Positions 38,995 to 48,244 of a stretch of DNA of 64,000 nucleotides are shown in pieces. Origin of the DNA: an uncultured Methylobacterium sp. (lineage in GTDB: Bacteria > Pseudomonadota > Alphaproteobacteria > Rhizobiales > Beijerinckiaceae); NCBI RefSeq assembly GCF_964242245.1, contig NZ_CAXTBY010000003.1, forward strand, positions 31,294-95,293, read 5' to 3'. The notes under the pieces are model-generated. The model did no database searches, was not told the DNA's origin, and worked only from the letters and a program-made list of their open reading frames with translations. Position 1 is the first letter of the stretch. The number at the start of each line of letters is the position of its first letter. The translations under genes and the position numbers were made by a program.

Positions 38995-40314
38995 ATGCGA
39001 TCGGCGATGCGAAACGGCGAGACGAAGACCCCTCCCGGCGCGGGCACCCGCCGCGGCCTGCTCAAGGGCGCCGCCGGCGCCCTCTCGCTCGCCGCCGCTG
39101 CGCGGCTCGCCCTACCGGGCGGCGCCTTCGCGCAAGGGGCCGGCCCGGAGGTGAAGGGGGCCAAGCTCGGCTTCATCGCGCTCACCGATGCCGGTCCGCT
39201 CTTCGTCGCCAAGGAGAAAGGCTTCTTCGCGCGTCACGGCATGCCCGACGTCGAGGTGCTGAAGCAGGCCTCCTGGGGCACGACGCGGGACAACCTCGTG
39301 CTCGGCTCAGAGGGCAACGGCATCGACGGGGCCCACATCCTCACGCCGATGCCCTACCTGATCAGCGCCGGCCGCGTGACGCAGAACAGCGTCCCCGTGC
39401 CGATGAACATCCTGGCGCGCCTGAACATCAACGGCCAGTGCATCTCGGTCGCCAAGGAATACCTCGATCAGAAGGTCGGCCTCGATGCCAAGGTGTTCAA
39501 GGCGGCCATCGACAGGAAGAAGGCGTCGGGCAAGTCGGTGAAGGCCGCGATGACCTTCCCCGGCGGCACCCACGACCTCTGGCTCCGCTACTGGTTGGCG
39601 GCCGGCGGCATCGACCCCGACAAGGACATCGAGACGATCGTCGTGCCGCCGCCGCAGATGGTGGCGAACATGAAGGTCGGCACGATGGACTGCTTCTGCG
39701 TCGGCGAGCCGTGGAACGCGCAGCTCGTGCAGCAGGGCCTCGGCTACACCGCGCTGACCACCGGCGAATTGTGGAAGGACCACCCCGAGAAGGCCTTCGC
39801 GATGCGCGCCTCGTGGGTGGAGAAGAACCCGGTCGCCACGAAGGCGCTGCTGATGGCGGTGCTGGAAGCGCAAGCTTGGTGCGACAGACCTGAGAACCGC
39901 GACGAGTTCGCGGCCATCGTCGCCAAGCGCCAGTGGATCAACATCCCGCCGGCCGACGTCGCCGGCCGGATGAAGGGCACGATCGACTACGGCGACGGCC
40001 GCGTCGTCGAGAACAGCCCCCACGTCATGAAGTTCTGGGCCGACAACGCCTCCTACCCGTACCAGTCGCACGACCTGTGGTTCCTCACCGAGGACATCCG
40101 CTGGGGCAAGTACGACGCGCAGACCGACACCAAGGCGCTGATCGCCAAGGTGAACCGCGAGGACCTGTGGCGCGAGGCGGCCAAGGCGCTCGGCGGCGTC
40201 GCCATCCCGGCGAGCACATCGCGCGGTAAGGAGACGATGTTCGACGGCAAGGTCTTCGACCCGGCCGACCCGGCCGCCTACCTCGCCAGCCTCGGCATCA
40301 AGAAGGTCTCGTGA
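38995..40314 (+). CDS. NrtA/CmpA-type (NitT/TauT family) ABC transporter substrate-binding protein
   Basis: Tat-like leader GTRRGLLKGAAGALSLAAAARLALPGGAFA, then KLGFIALTDAGPLFVAKEKGFF. ATG 39007 is an alternative start with better SD spacing. Confidence 0.85.
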   Translation: MRSAMRNGETKTPPGAGTRRGLLKGAAGALSLAAAARLALPGGAFAQGAGPEVKGAKLGFIALTDAGPLFVAKEKGFFARHGMPDVEVLKQASWGTTRDNLVLGSEGNGIDGAHILTPMPYLISAGRVTQNSVPVPMNILARLNINGQCISVAKEYLDQKVGLDAKVFKAAIDRKKASGKSVKAAMTFPGGTHDLWLRYWLAAGGIDPDKDIETIVVPPPQMVANMKVGTMDCFCVGEPWNAQLVQQGLGYTALTTGELWKDHPEKAFAMRASWVEKNPVATKALLMAVLEAQAWCDRPENRDEFAAIVAKRQWINIPPADVAGRMKGTIDYGDGRVVENSPHVMKFWADNASYPYQSHDLWFLTEDIRWGKYDAQTDTKALIAKVNREDLWREAAKALGGVAIPASTSRGKETMFDGKVFDPADPAAYLASLGIKKVS

Positions 40315-41195
40315 TGGCCGCCTCGTCGAGCGTCGACGCCAAGGTCCCCCTCGAAACGGCGTCGCGCGACGCCGCCGGCGCGAAGAGCCGCCGGCCCTTC
40401 GTCACGGCCAAGACCCTGAAGGGACTCGCCGCCAACCTGATCCCGCCCCTCGTCGTGCTGGCGGTCTTCCTGCTGTTCTGGGAGATCGCCTGCTCGCGGC
40501 CGACAGCCGGCCTGCCGCCGCCCTCGCGCGTCGTCACCGAGGCCTGGGACATCATCGCCCACCCGTTCTACGACAACGGCGGCACCGACAAGGGGTTGTT
40601 CTGGCACATCTCGGCGAGCCTCCAGCGCGTCGCCTTCGGCTTCACCCTGGCCGCCATCGTCGGCATCCTGACCGGCACGCTCATCGGCCAGTCCGACTGG
40701 GCGATGCGCGGGCTCGACCCGATCTTCCAGGTGCTGCGCACGATCCCGCCGCTGGCGTGGTTGCCCCTGTCGCTGGCCGCCTTCCGCGACGGCCAGCCCT
40801 CGGCGATCTTCGTGATCTTCATCACCTCGATCTGGCCGATCATCATCAACACCGCGGTCGGCATCCGCAACATCCCGCAGGATTACCGCAACGTCGCCGC
40901 CGTGATCCGGCTGAACCCGATCGAGTTCTTCATGAAGGTGATGCTGCCGGCCGCCGCCCCGTACATCTTCACGGGTTTGCGCATCGGCGTCGGCTTGTCG
41001 TGGCTCGCGATCGTGGCCGCCGAGATGCTGATCGGCGGCGTCGGCATCGGCTTCTTCATCTGGGACGCCTGGAACTCGTCGCACATCAGCGAGATCATCG
41101 TGGCGCTGGTCTATGTCGGCGTGATCGGCTTCATCCTCGACCGCTTGGTGGCGGCCGTCGGCAGCCTCGTCACCCGCGGCACCAGCGCAGCCTGA
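40311..41195 (+). CDS. NitT/TauT-family ABC transporter permease
   Basis: 294 aa, about 6 TM helices, and the EAA-like loop AVIRLNPIEFFMKVMLPAAAPYIFTGLRIG. ATGA overlap with the binding-protein gene. Confidence 0.85.
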   Translation: MMAASSSVDAKVPLETASRDAAGAKSRRPFVTAKTLKGLAANLIPPLVVLAVFLLFWEIACSRPTAGLPPPSRVVTEAWDIIAHPFYDNGGTDKGLFWHISASLQRVAFGFTLAAIVGILTGTLIGQSDWAMRGLDPIFQVLRTIPPLAWLPLSLAAFRDGQPSAIFVIFITSIWPIIINTAVGIRNIPQDYRNVAAVIRLNPIEFFMKVMLPAAAPYIFTGLRIGVGLSWLAIVAAEMLIGGVGIGFFIWDAWNSSHISEIIVALVYVGVIGFILDRLVAAVGSLVTRGTSAA

Positions 41196-41206
41196 GGAGG
41201 ACGAGC

Positions 41207-42007
41207 ATGTCGAAGGCCCATCTCGACCTCTCGCAGGTCGGCATCAGCTTCACCCGCGGCGGCACCACGACGGAGGTCTTACGCGACGTGAACCTCAAGG
41301 TCGCCAAGGGCGAGTTCGTGTCGATCATCGGGCATTCCGGCTGCGGCAAGTCGACGGTGCTGAACATCGTCGCCGGGCTGCTGAAGAGCTCCACCGGCGT
41401 GACGCTGCTGGACGGCAAGGAGGTCTCGAGCCCCGGCCCCGAGCGGGCAGTGGTGTTCCAGAACCACTCGCTGTTGCCGTGGCTCACCGTGCGCGAGAAC
41501 GTGGCGCTCGCCGTCGACAAGGTGCTGGCGGGCAAGAAGTCCAAGGCCGAGCGCAGCGCCTGGATCGAGCACAACCTCGCCCTCGTGAACATGGTGCATG
41601 CCGCCGACAAGCGGCCGAACGAGATCTCGGGCGGCATGAAGCAGCGCGTCGGCATCGCCCGCGCGCTGGCCATGGAGCCGACCGTCATGCTCATGGACGA
41701 GCCGTTCGGGGCGCTCGATGCGCTGACCCGCGCCCACCTCCAGGACCAGCTCATGGAGATCCAGGTCCGGCTGAAGAACACCGTGATGATGATCACCCAT
41801 GACGTGGACGAGGCGGTTCTGCTCTCCGACCGGATCGTGATGATGACCAACGGCCCCTCGGCCACCATCGGCGAGGTGCTGACCGTGCCGATGCCGCGCC
41901 CGCGCCGCCGGCTCGAACTTGTCGAGGACAAGGCCTACGTCCACTGCCGCGCCGAGGTCCTGGAGTTCCTCTACGCCCGCCACGCCCGGCCGGCGATCGC
42001 GGCCTAA
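41207..42007 (+). CDS. ABC transporter ATP-binding protein
   Basis: GAGGAGG SD. Walker A GHSGCGKST, signature ISGGMKQRVGIARAL and Walker B MLMDEPFGALD. Confidence 0.9.
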   Translation: MSKAHLDLSQVGISFTRGGTTTEVLRDVNLKVAKGEFVSIIGHSGCGKSTVLNIVAGLLKSSTGVTLLDGKEVSSPGPERAVVFQNHSLLPWLTVRENVALAVDKVLAGKKSKAERSAWIEHNLALVNMVHAADKRPNEISGGMKQRVGIARALAMEPTVMLMDEPFGALDALTRAHLQDQLMEIQVRLKNTVMMITHDVDEAVLLSDRIVMMTNGPSATIGEVLTVPMPRPRRRLELVEDKAYVHCRAEVLEFLYARHARPAIAA

Positions 42008-42024
42008 GGCAGGGCCGGGGCAGC

Positions 42025-42969
42025 GTGTCGAAGACAGCGTTCATCCGCGCCGCCGAGATCTGGCTGCCGACCGCCGACGGTACGGAACTGGTCCTCGGCA
42101 GCGGCCTCTACGGCCCGCTGCACGCGTTCGCGGAGCTGAGCCGGGACACCCGGTTCCGCAAGGGCGAGGGCCTGCCCGGCGAGGCCTGGGCGGCGCGCCA
42201 CCCGATCGTGATGCGCAGCCTCGCGACCTCGACCTTCCGGCGCATCGCGGCGGCGGCCGAGGCCGGGCTGACCTCGGGCATCGCCATGCCGATCTTCTCC
42301 GGCGATGCGATCCGGGCCGTCGTGGTCCTGTTCTGCGGCGACGCCGCCGATCAGGTCGGCGCGATCGAGGTTTGGTCGAACGATCCCGAGACGGACGCGC
42401 AGATCGGCCTGCACGACGGCTATTACGGCGGCGCCGAGCTGTTCGAGATGACGTCTCGGATGAAGCGGTTCGGCAAGGGCTTCGGACTGCCCGGCACGGT
42501 CTGGGCCGCGGAGATGCCGATGGTATTCCGCGAGATCTACCGCTCCGAGCGCTTCCTGCGCCAGGAGGAGGCTCGCCAAGTCGGACTCACCCTCGGCCTC
42601 GGCCTGCCCTTCGACGGCGATCCGGGCAAGACCTGGATCATGGTGTTCCTCTCCGCGCTCGGCACGCCGATCGCCGGCCGCTTCGAGGTCTGGGTGCCCG
42701 ACGGCAGCGGCGGCCTGATCTACGAAACCGGCCTGTCGGAGGCGGCGACCGACGTCTCCGCCGCGGGGCGCCCGACCCGGATCGCGGCCGGCGATGGGCT
42801 CCTTGGCGCGGTGCTCGCCTCGGGGCTTCCGGTCGCGAGCGCCGATTGTGCGGCGGACGCCGCGTGGCTGGTCGATCCCGGCGAACCCGCCGAGGCGCAT
42901 TCGGCGCTTGCCATGCCGTGCCTCGACGCGGCCGGAGCCCTGAAGGCGGTGACCGCTTGGCGGTTCTGA
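42025..42969 (+). CDS. protein of three tandem GAF-like repeats
   Basis: GTG start. Three modules of about 100 aa recur: AEIWLP..GEGLPGEAWA..GIAMPIF, then IEVWSN..GFGLPGTVWA..GLGLPF, then FEVWVP..GDGLLGAVLA..ALAMPCL. Confidence 0.6.
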   Translation: MSKTAFIRAAEIWLPTADGTELVLGSGLYGPLHAFAELSRDTRFRKGEGLPGEAWAARHPIVMRSLATSTFRRIAAAAEAGLTSGIAMPIFSGDAIRAVVVLFCGDAADQVGAIEVWSNDPETDAQIGLHDGYYGGAELFEMTSRMKRFGKGFGLPGTVWAAEMPMVFREIYRSERFLRQEEARQVGLTLGLGLPFDGDPGKTWIMVFLSALGTPIAGRFEVWVPDGSGGLIYETGLSEAATDVSAAGRPTRIAAGDGLLGAVLASGLPVASADCAADAAWLVDPGEPAEAHSALAMPCLDAAGALKAVTAWRF

Positions 42970-43047
42970 CGCCTTCCGACCGGCGTGTCACGGAACCCTC
43001 GGTGGAGGCTGCGCCTTGAGTGTTCCGATCAGGGGAGGATGTTTCCG

Positions 43048-43515
43048 ATGAGCGATGGTTTTCCGTCCATGACCGCCCTGCTGGGGCTGCTCGCGCTGGC
43101 GGGCTTTCAGAACCGGGACAAGATCGCGGAGATGCTGGGCAACGCCGGCCAAGCCGGTCCTACCCCCACGCGCGGACCGGCCCCCGGACCCGTGGCCGGA
43201 CAGGGCATGGACCTCGGCCGCATCCTCGGGGGCGTCCCCGCCACGAGCGCGGGCGGCTTCCTGAACAGCGGTCTCGGCGAGATGCTGTCGCGGTTCACGC
43301 AGGCCGGCCACGGCGAGGCCGCGTCCTCGTGGGTGGACCGCGGCCCGAACCGGGAACTGCCCGCGCCGGACCTCGAGAAGGCCATCGGACCCGACGTGAT
43401 CCAAGTGCTGACGCAGCGCACCGGCCTGTCGCGGGACGAATTGCTGGCCCGCCTCGCGCGCGAATTGCCCGCGGCGGTGGACCGCTACACGCCGGACGGC
43501 CGTATCCCCGCCTGA
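43048..43515 (+). CDS. YidB/DUF937 family protein
   Basis: SWVDRGPNRELPAPDLEKAIGPDVIQVLTQRTGLSRDELLARLARELPAAVDRYTPDGRIP. ATG 43048 has GGGGAGG 9 nt upstream. Confidence 0.75.
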   Translation: MSDGFPSMTALLGLLALAGFQNRDKIAEMLGNAGQAGPTPTRGPAPGPVAGQGMDLGRILGGVPATSAGGFLNSGLGEMLSRFTQAGHGEAASSWVDRGPNRELPAPDLEKAIGPDVIQVLTQRTGLSRDELLARLARELPAAVDRYTPDGRIPA

Positions 43516-43548
43516 CCGGCCGCAGCACCGCTGCGGATTGTATCCGGC

Positions 43549-43585
43549 AAAAGGCCCGGCGCTCCATCAGAGCGCCGGGCCTTTT
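43549..43585. terminator. bidirectional rho-independent terminator
   Basis: AAAA-GGCCCGGCGCT-ccatcag-AGCGCCGGGCC-TTTT: an 11-bp perfect stem flanked by an A-run and a T-run. Confidence 0.7.
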
Positions 43586-43648
43586 CGTTCACGGCAGGGC
43601 AGGACGAATGCCTCATACGCCGCGCTTCACCGAAGAAATCTCGGTCTG

Positions 43649-43789
43649 CATCCTCCCTCCCCCCTCTGCGGGGGAGGATGCCCCTCGCGTGAGCGAGGGT
43701 CGGGAGAGTGGAGCACCGGTTCCGGCCCCGTCGCTCCCCTCTCCCGACTTAGCTCGCGGGCCGCCCTTTCCCGCAGAGGGGAGAGGGGA
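43649..43789. repeat. cluster of GC-rich intergenic palindromes (REP-like)
   Basis: CCTCCCCC-ctctgc-GGGGGAGG (43656-43677), nested in CATCCTCCC/GGGAGGATG. Also TCCCCTCTCCC (43735-43745) paired with GGGAGAGGGGA (43779-43789). Confidence 0.45.
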
Positions 43790-43846
43790 AACTCGCGTCG
43801 CGGTATCTTCGGCGGATGATCGGCGCCTCGCAGTCGAGGCTTGGTG

Positions 43847-44761
43847 TCAGCGGCTCTTCTTGTAGAGCTTGCTCGCGATCTCGAAGATCTCCTGCGGGGC
43901 GTAGTCCGGGGCGAAGGCGCCGTAATTGCCGTCGAGCTCCGCCATCTTGCCGCCCTCGGGCATGCCGTCGACGATCTCCAGATTGCCCGGCGGGTCGCCG
44001 GGCAGCGCGACCTCGTCGTTCGACCAGACGCCCGCCATCTCCGGATAATCGGGCGAACCGAAGGTGTAGAGCCGGCGGTGGCTGCCCTCGTCGAGGTATT
44101 TCTGGCACTCGGGCACGCGCGAGAGATCGATGTTGGGCGTCGGCAGCATCTTCTCGATCTCGACGCCGGTGAGCTTCTTCAGGGCCAGGGCGTAGGCGTG
44201 GGCGTGAACCGAGCCGCGCACCAGCAGGTAGCCGCAGACCTCGCGGCCGGTGGCGTCCTTCAGGGTCTCGTAGACGCGCAGCTTGTGGATGCGGGCGCCG
44301 CATTCGAGGTGGAAGTTGTGCAGCAGGTCGATGATCAGGTTGCCCGTGGTCGTGACCATGTCCATGTTCCAGGACGCGGCGTTGCTGTTCATCGGCATGG
44401 CGCCGCCGCCGTTGGAGAGGAAGCTTCCGGCGAGGCGGATGTCCTTCATGTCGGCAAACGGCGCCTTGGAGATATCGACGTCCTCGGTCGGATCGCCCGG
44501 GCCGTTGTTCAGCATGGCGACGCCGGTCGAGACCAGCTCGACGTGGCCGAGCTCTTCGGCGAAGATGCTCGACACGAGGCTGTAGAACGGCCGCAGCTTG
44601 GTCTTGTTGCGGAAGTTGAAGCTCTGGAACATGTAGTTGCCGAGCGTCGACATCTCGCCGTACTTGCCGCCGAGCAGCTCCTGAAGGGCCGCGGCCGCGT
44701 TCGGGTCCGGTCGCTTGGGCTGCGGAAGCTCGGCCTGGAGCTTGTCGATGCGCATGAACAT
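43847..44761 (-). CDS. manganese catalase
   Basis: MFMRIDKLQAELPQP..LLGGKYGEMSTLGNYMFQSFNFR..EELGHVELV. ATG 44761 has AAGAGGA upstream. Confidence 0.9.
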   Translation of the reverse strand: MFMRIDKLQAELPQPKRPDPNAAAALQELLGGKYGEMSTLGNYMFQSFNFRNKTKLRPFYSLVSSIFAEELGHVELVSTGVAMLNNGPGDPTEDVDISKAPFADMKDIRLAGSFLSNGGGAMPMNSNAASWNMDMVTTTGNLIIDLLHNFHLECGARIHKLRVYETLKDATGREVCGYLLVRGSVHAHAYALALKKLTGVEIEKMLPTPNIDLSRVPECQKYLDEGSHRRLYTFGSPDYPEMAGVWSNDEVALPGDPPGNLEIVDGMPEGGKMAELDGNYGAFAPDYAPQEIFEIASKLYKKSR

Positions 44762-44883
44762 TAGGAAATCCTCTTGGGTGATGAACACCTGAGAGGGCTA
44801 CCGCCCAGCCGACAGCCAAGTTCCGGATTCGCCGGGGCGTGGGCCGTTTGGCCGCGCGCGGGTTGCCGTTACGGCCCTCCGGT

Positions 44884-46164
44884 CTACGCGCCGAGCGCGC
44901 CGTCGAGATCCTCGATCAGATCCTCCGGGTCCTCGAGCCCGATCGAGAGGCGCACGACCTCCGGGCCGGCGCCGGCTGCGGTCTTCTGCGCATCGGTGAG
45001 CTGGCGGTGCGTGGTCGAGGCCGGATGGATCACCAGCGAGCGCGTGTCGCCGATATTGGCCACGTGCGAGAAGAGCTGCAGGTCGGCGACGAGCTTGACG
45101 CCGGCCTCGTAGCCGCCCTTGAGGCCGATGGTGAACACCGCGCCGGAGCCCAGCGGCGTGTAGCGCCGGGCGAGCTGGTGGTATCTGTCGGTCTCCAGGC
45201 CCGGATAGCTCACCCAGGACACGGCCGGGTGCGTCTCGAGGTGGGTCGCCACGGCGAGCGCGTTGTCGCAGTGGCGCTGCATCCGCAGCGGCAGGGTCTC
45301 GATGCCGTTGAGGATCAGGAAGGCGTTGAACGGCGACAGCGCCGGCCCGAGGTCGCGCAGGCCCAGCACCCGGATCGCGATGGCGAAGCCGAAATTGCCG
45401 AAGGTCTCGGCCAGCACCATGCCGGAGTATTCCGGCCGCGGCTGGCTCAGCATCGGGTAGCGCGCGTCGCCCGCCCACTGGAACGAGCCGCCGTCGACCA
45501 CGAGACCGCCGATCGAGTTGCCGTGGCCGCCCAGGAACTTGGTCGCCGAGTGCACGACGATGTCGGCCCCGTGCTCGAAGGGGCGGATCAGGTACGGCGT
45601 CGCCATGGTGTTGTCGACGATGAGGGGGATGTTGTGGCGGCGGGCGATCACCGAGAGGGCCGCGATGTCGGTGATCACGCCGCCGGGGTTGGCGATCGAC
45701 TCGCAGAAGATCGCCTTGGTGCGCGGGGTGATGGCGCGCTCGAACGAGGACGGGTCGTCGGTGTCGGCCCAGACGACGCCCCAGCCGAAGTTCTTGTAGC
45801 TGTGGTTGAACTGGTTGATCGAGCCGCCGTAGAGCTTGTTGGCCGCGATGAACTCGTCGCCCGGCTGCATCAGGGCGTGCATCGTCAGGAACTCGGCCGC
45901 GTGGCCCGAGGCCACCGCCACCGCGGCGGTGCCGCCTTCGAGGGCGGCGATGCGCTCCTCCAGCACCGCGTTCGTCGGGTTGGTGATGCGCGAGTAGATG
46001 TTGCCGAAGGCCTGGAGCCCGAACAGCGAGGCGGCGTGATCGACGTCGTCGAACACGAAGCTCGTGGTCTGATAGATCGGCGTCGCCCGCGCGCCGGTCG
46101 TCGCGTCGGGGCTGGCGCCGGCGTGGATCGCGAGGGTGTTGAAGCCGGGCAGCCGGTCGGTCAT
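44884..46164 (-). CDS. metY: O-acetylhomoserine sulfhydrylase (aminocarboxypropyltransferase)
   Basis: ATG 46164 with [52 protein letters not shown] and the PLP-Lys motif [11 protein letters not shown]. Confidence 0.85.
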   Translation of the reverse strand: MTDRLPGFNTLAIHAGASPDATTGARATPIYQTTSFVFDDVDHAASLFGLQAFGNIYSRITNPTNAVLEERIAALEGGTAAVAVASGHAAEFLTMHALMQPGDEFIAANKLYGGSINQFNHSYKNFGWGVVWADTDDPSSFERAITPRTKAIFCESIANPGGVITDIAALSVIARRHNIPLIVDNTMATPYLIRPFEHGADIVVHSATKFLGGHGNSIGGLVVDGGSFQWAGDARYPMLSQPRPEYSGMVLAETFGNFGFAIAIRVLGLRDLGPALSPFNAFLILNGIETLPLRMQRHCDNALAVATHLETHPAVSWVSYPGLETDRYHQLARRYTPLGSGAVFTIGLKGGYEAGVKLVADLQLFSHVANIGDTRSLVIHPASTTHRQLTDAQKTAAGAGPEVVRLSIGLEDPEDLIEDLDGALGA

Positions 46165-46331
46165 CGTCGTCTCCTCGGGCACTGGCCGCGATGTAGCCGT
46201 GTACGCCCCGGCGGGAGAGCGGCGCAAGGCGCGCCGTCCCGCATCGCGCGATCCGCGCCGACCCTAAAAAAGACCCGATGCTCGTGCTGTCCGGATCGAT
46301 CCTTCTCCGTTCGCACGGATCGACCCGCGCT

Positions 46332-47963
46332 ATGCTCAAAACCGCCTTCGTTGCTGCGCGCGACCGTCAGCGGCTGTCGGAGATCGCCACGATCCTGATC
46401 GGCTTCGGCGTGACCAAGGTCGTGGACCGGCTGGGGCTGCGCTACATCCCGATGATCCCGCGGCGGAAGCCCAGGGTCGACGTCACCCGCCTATCGGAGC
46501 CCGAGCGCCTGCGGCGCGCGATCGAGGCGCTGGGGCCGACCTTCATCAAGTTCGGGCAGGTACTGGCGAGCCGCCCGGACCTGCTCTCGCCGGTGTGGAC
46601 GGAGGAACTGGCCAAGCTCCACAGCCAGGTGTCGCCGGTCTCCTGGGAGACGATCCGGCCCCAGCTCGAAGCCGATCTCGGGGCGCCGCCGCAGGAGGTC
46701 TTCGCCGAGTTCGACACCGACGCGATCGCCTCGGCCTCGATCGCCCAGGTCTACCGGGCGCGGCTGCACTCGGGCGAGGACGTCATCGTCAAGGTGCTGC
46801 GGCCGGGCCTGCGCAAGGTCATCGACGCGGACCTGCGCCTGATGGCCCACGGCGCCCGCATCGTCGAGACCGAATGGCCGGACATGGCCCGCTACCAGCC
46901 GCGCGAGCAGATGCGCCACCTCGCCGCCGGACTGAACGGCGAGCTCGACCTGCTGAACGAGGCCCGCAACTGCGAGCTCTTGGCCGCGCTCTTCGAGGGG
47001 CGGGACGACATCGTGTTCCCGAAGATCCACTGGGAGTGGTGCTCCGAGCGGGTGCTGGTGCAGGAGTTCATCCACGGCATCCCCCCCAACGACGAGGCGC
47101 GCCTCGCGGTCGCGGGCCTCGACAAGAAGCTGCTCGCCCAGAAGGGCACCGACGCATTCCTGAAGATGGCGCTGATCGAGGGCGTGTTCCACGCCGACCC
47201 GCATCCCGGCAACATGCTGGCGATGTCCGGCAACCGGATCGGCTTCATCGACTTCGGCATCATCGGCCGGCTGTCGCAGAAGCGGCGCAACCAGCTCCTC
47301 GTGCTGATCGGCGCGATGCTGAAGCAGGACGCCGACGGGCTGATGGCGGTGCTGCTCGACTGGACCGGGACCAGCAACCCCGACCTGACACGGCTCGAAG
47401 GCTCGGCCCAGGCCTTCGTCGAGAGCCATTCCTCGATCCCGCTCAACCTCGGCCTCGTGCTCACCGACTTCATGACCATGGCCCGCGAGAACGACCTCGC
47501 GATGCCGACCGACCTCGCGATCCTGTTCAAGGGGCTCGTCACCGCCGACGGCGTGATGCGCCACCTCGACCCGAACTTCGACCTGTTCGCGGCCGCCGGG
47601 CCGACGGTGCGGGCGAGCATGCGCACGCAGTTCTCCCTCGACGGCCTCAAATCCAAGGCCGAGGCCCTCGGCGTCGGCCTCTACGGGGCGGCGTCCGAAT
47701 TGCCGACCCTGATCCACCTGATGCTGGTACGGCTCAAGCAGGGCCGCGTCACCGTCGAGATCGAGGTCAAGGGCCTCGACAAGGTGACCCGCGGCATCGA
47801 GCGGGCGGCGGCCCGCGTCGCCGTCGCGCTGGTGGTCGCGGCCTTCGCCACGCAGCTCGCGCCGCGGCTGATCGACCTCGGCACGCCGGCCTTCGTGACG
47901 ATCGGCCTCATGGTCTTCACCCTGGGCGTCGGCTGGCTGGTTCTGCTCGGCCGGAAGAAGTGA
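46332..47963 (+). CDS. ABC1/UbiB-family atypical kinase
   Basis: LGPTFIKFGQVLASRPDLLSP..ASIAQVYRARL..VFHADPHPGNM, plus two C-terminal TM helices. Confidence 0.85.
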   Translation: MLKTAFVAARDRQRLSEIATILIGFGVTKVVDRLGLRYIPMIPRRKPRVDVTRLSEPERLRRAIEALGPTFIKFGQVLASRPDLLSPVWTEELAKLHSQVSPVSWETIRPQLEADLGAPPQEVFAEFDTDAIASASIAQVYRARLHSGEDVIVKVLRPGLRKVIDADLRLMAHGARIVETEWPDMARYQPREQMRHLAAGLNGELDLLNEARNCELLAALFEGRDDIVFPKIHWEWCSERVLVQEFIHGIPPNDEARLAVAGLDKKLLAQKGTDAFLKMALIEGVFHADPHPGNMLAMSGNRIGFIDFGIIGRLSQKRRNQLLVLIGAMLKQDADGLMAVLLDWTGTSNPDLTRLEGSAQAFVESHSSIPLNLGLVLTDFMTMARENDLAMPTDLAILFKGLVTADGVMRHLDPNFDLFAAAGPTVRASMRTQFSLDGLKSKAEALGVGLYGAASELPTLIHLMLVRLKQGRVTVEIEVKGLDKVTRGIERAAARVAVALVVAAFATQLAPRLIDLGTPAFVTIGLMVFTLGVGWLVLLGRKK

Positions 47964-48244
47964 CGCCGGGTCGAAGCGGGCCTTCGACTGAATTCCGGTG
48001 AATCCGGCCGTGCGGTAACTGCAATCGTGGCTTGCGGTCCCGAATCGATATGGTAGGTTTTGTCACCCATCGTATCGCGAGGTTGCGAGCCGGGGCGCGG
48101 GGCCAGAAGCGGATCGATCCGCCGACCCTGCCCGAGGTTCTCGACATCCTGTCGCCGCGTCGCGCTCCGGCGGGTCGACGCTCCGTCGCGCGCCCCCGGA
48201 TCGATTCCGTAGGCGCGCCGCGCGGCGCGCGAAGGGGGGCTGTG

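Noticed and set aside
46165-46331. SAM riboswitch (SAM-II type) in the leaders of the two sulfhydrylase genes (also 50433-50494)
   Set aside because: I could not find the conserved AAAGCU-type 3' element or a convincing pseudoknot. The 50435-50469 structure is better explained as the terminator of the upstream receiver gene. A covariance-model search (Rfam) would settle it.
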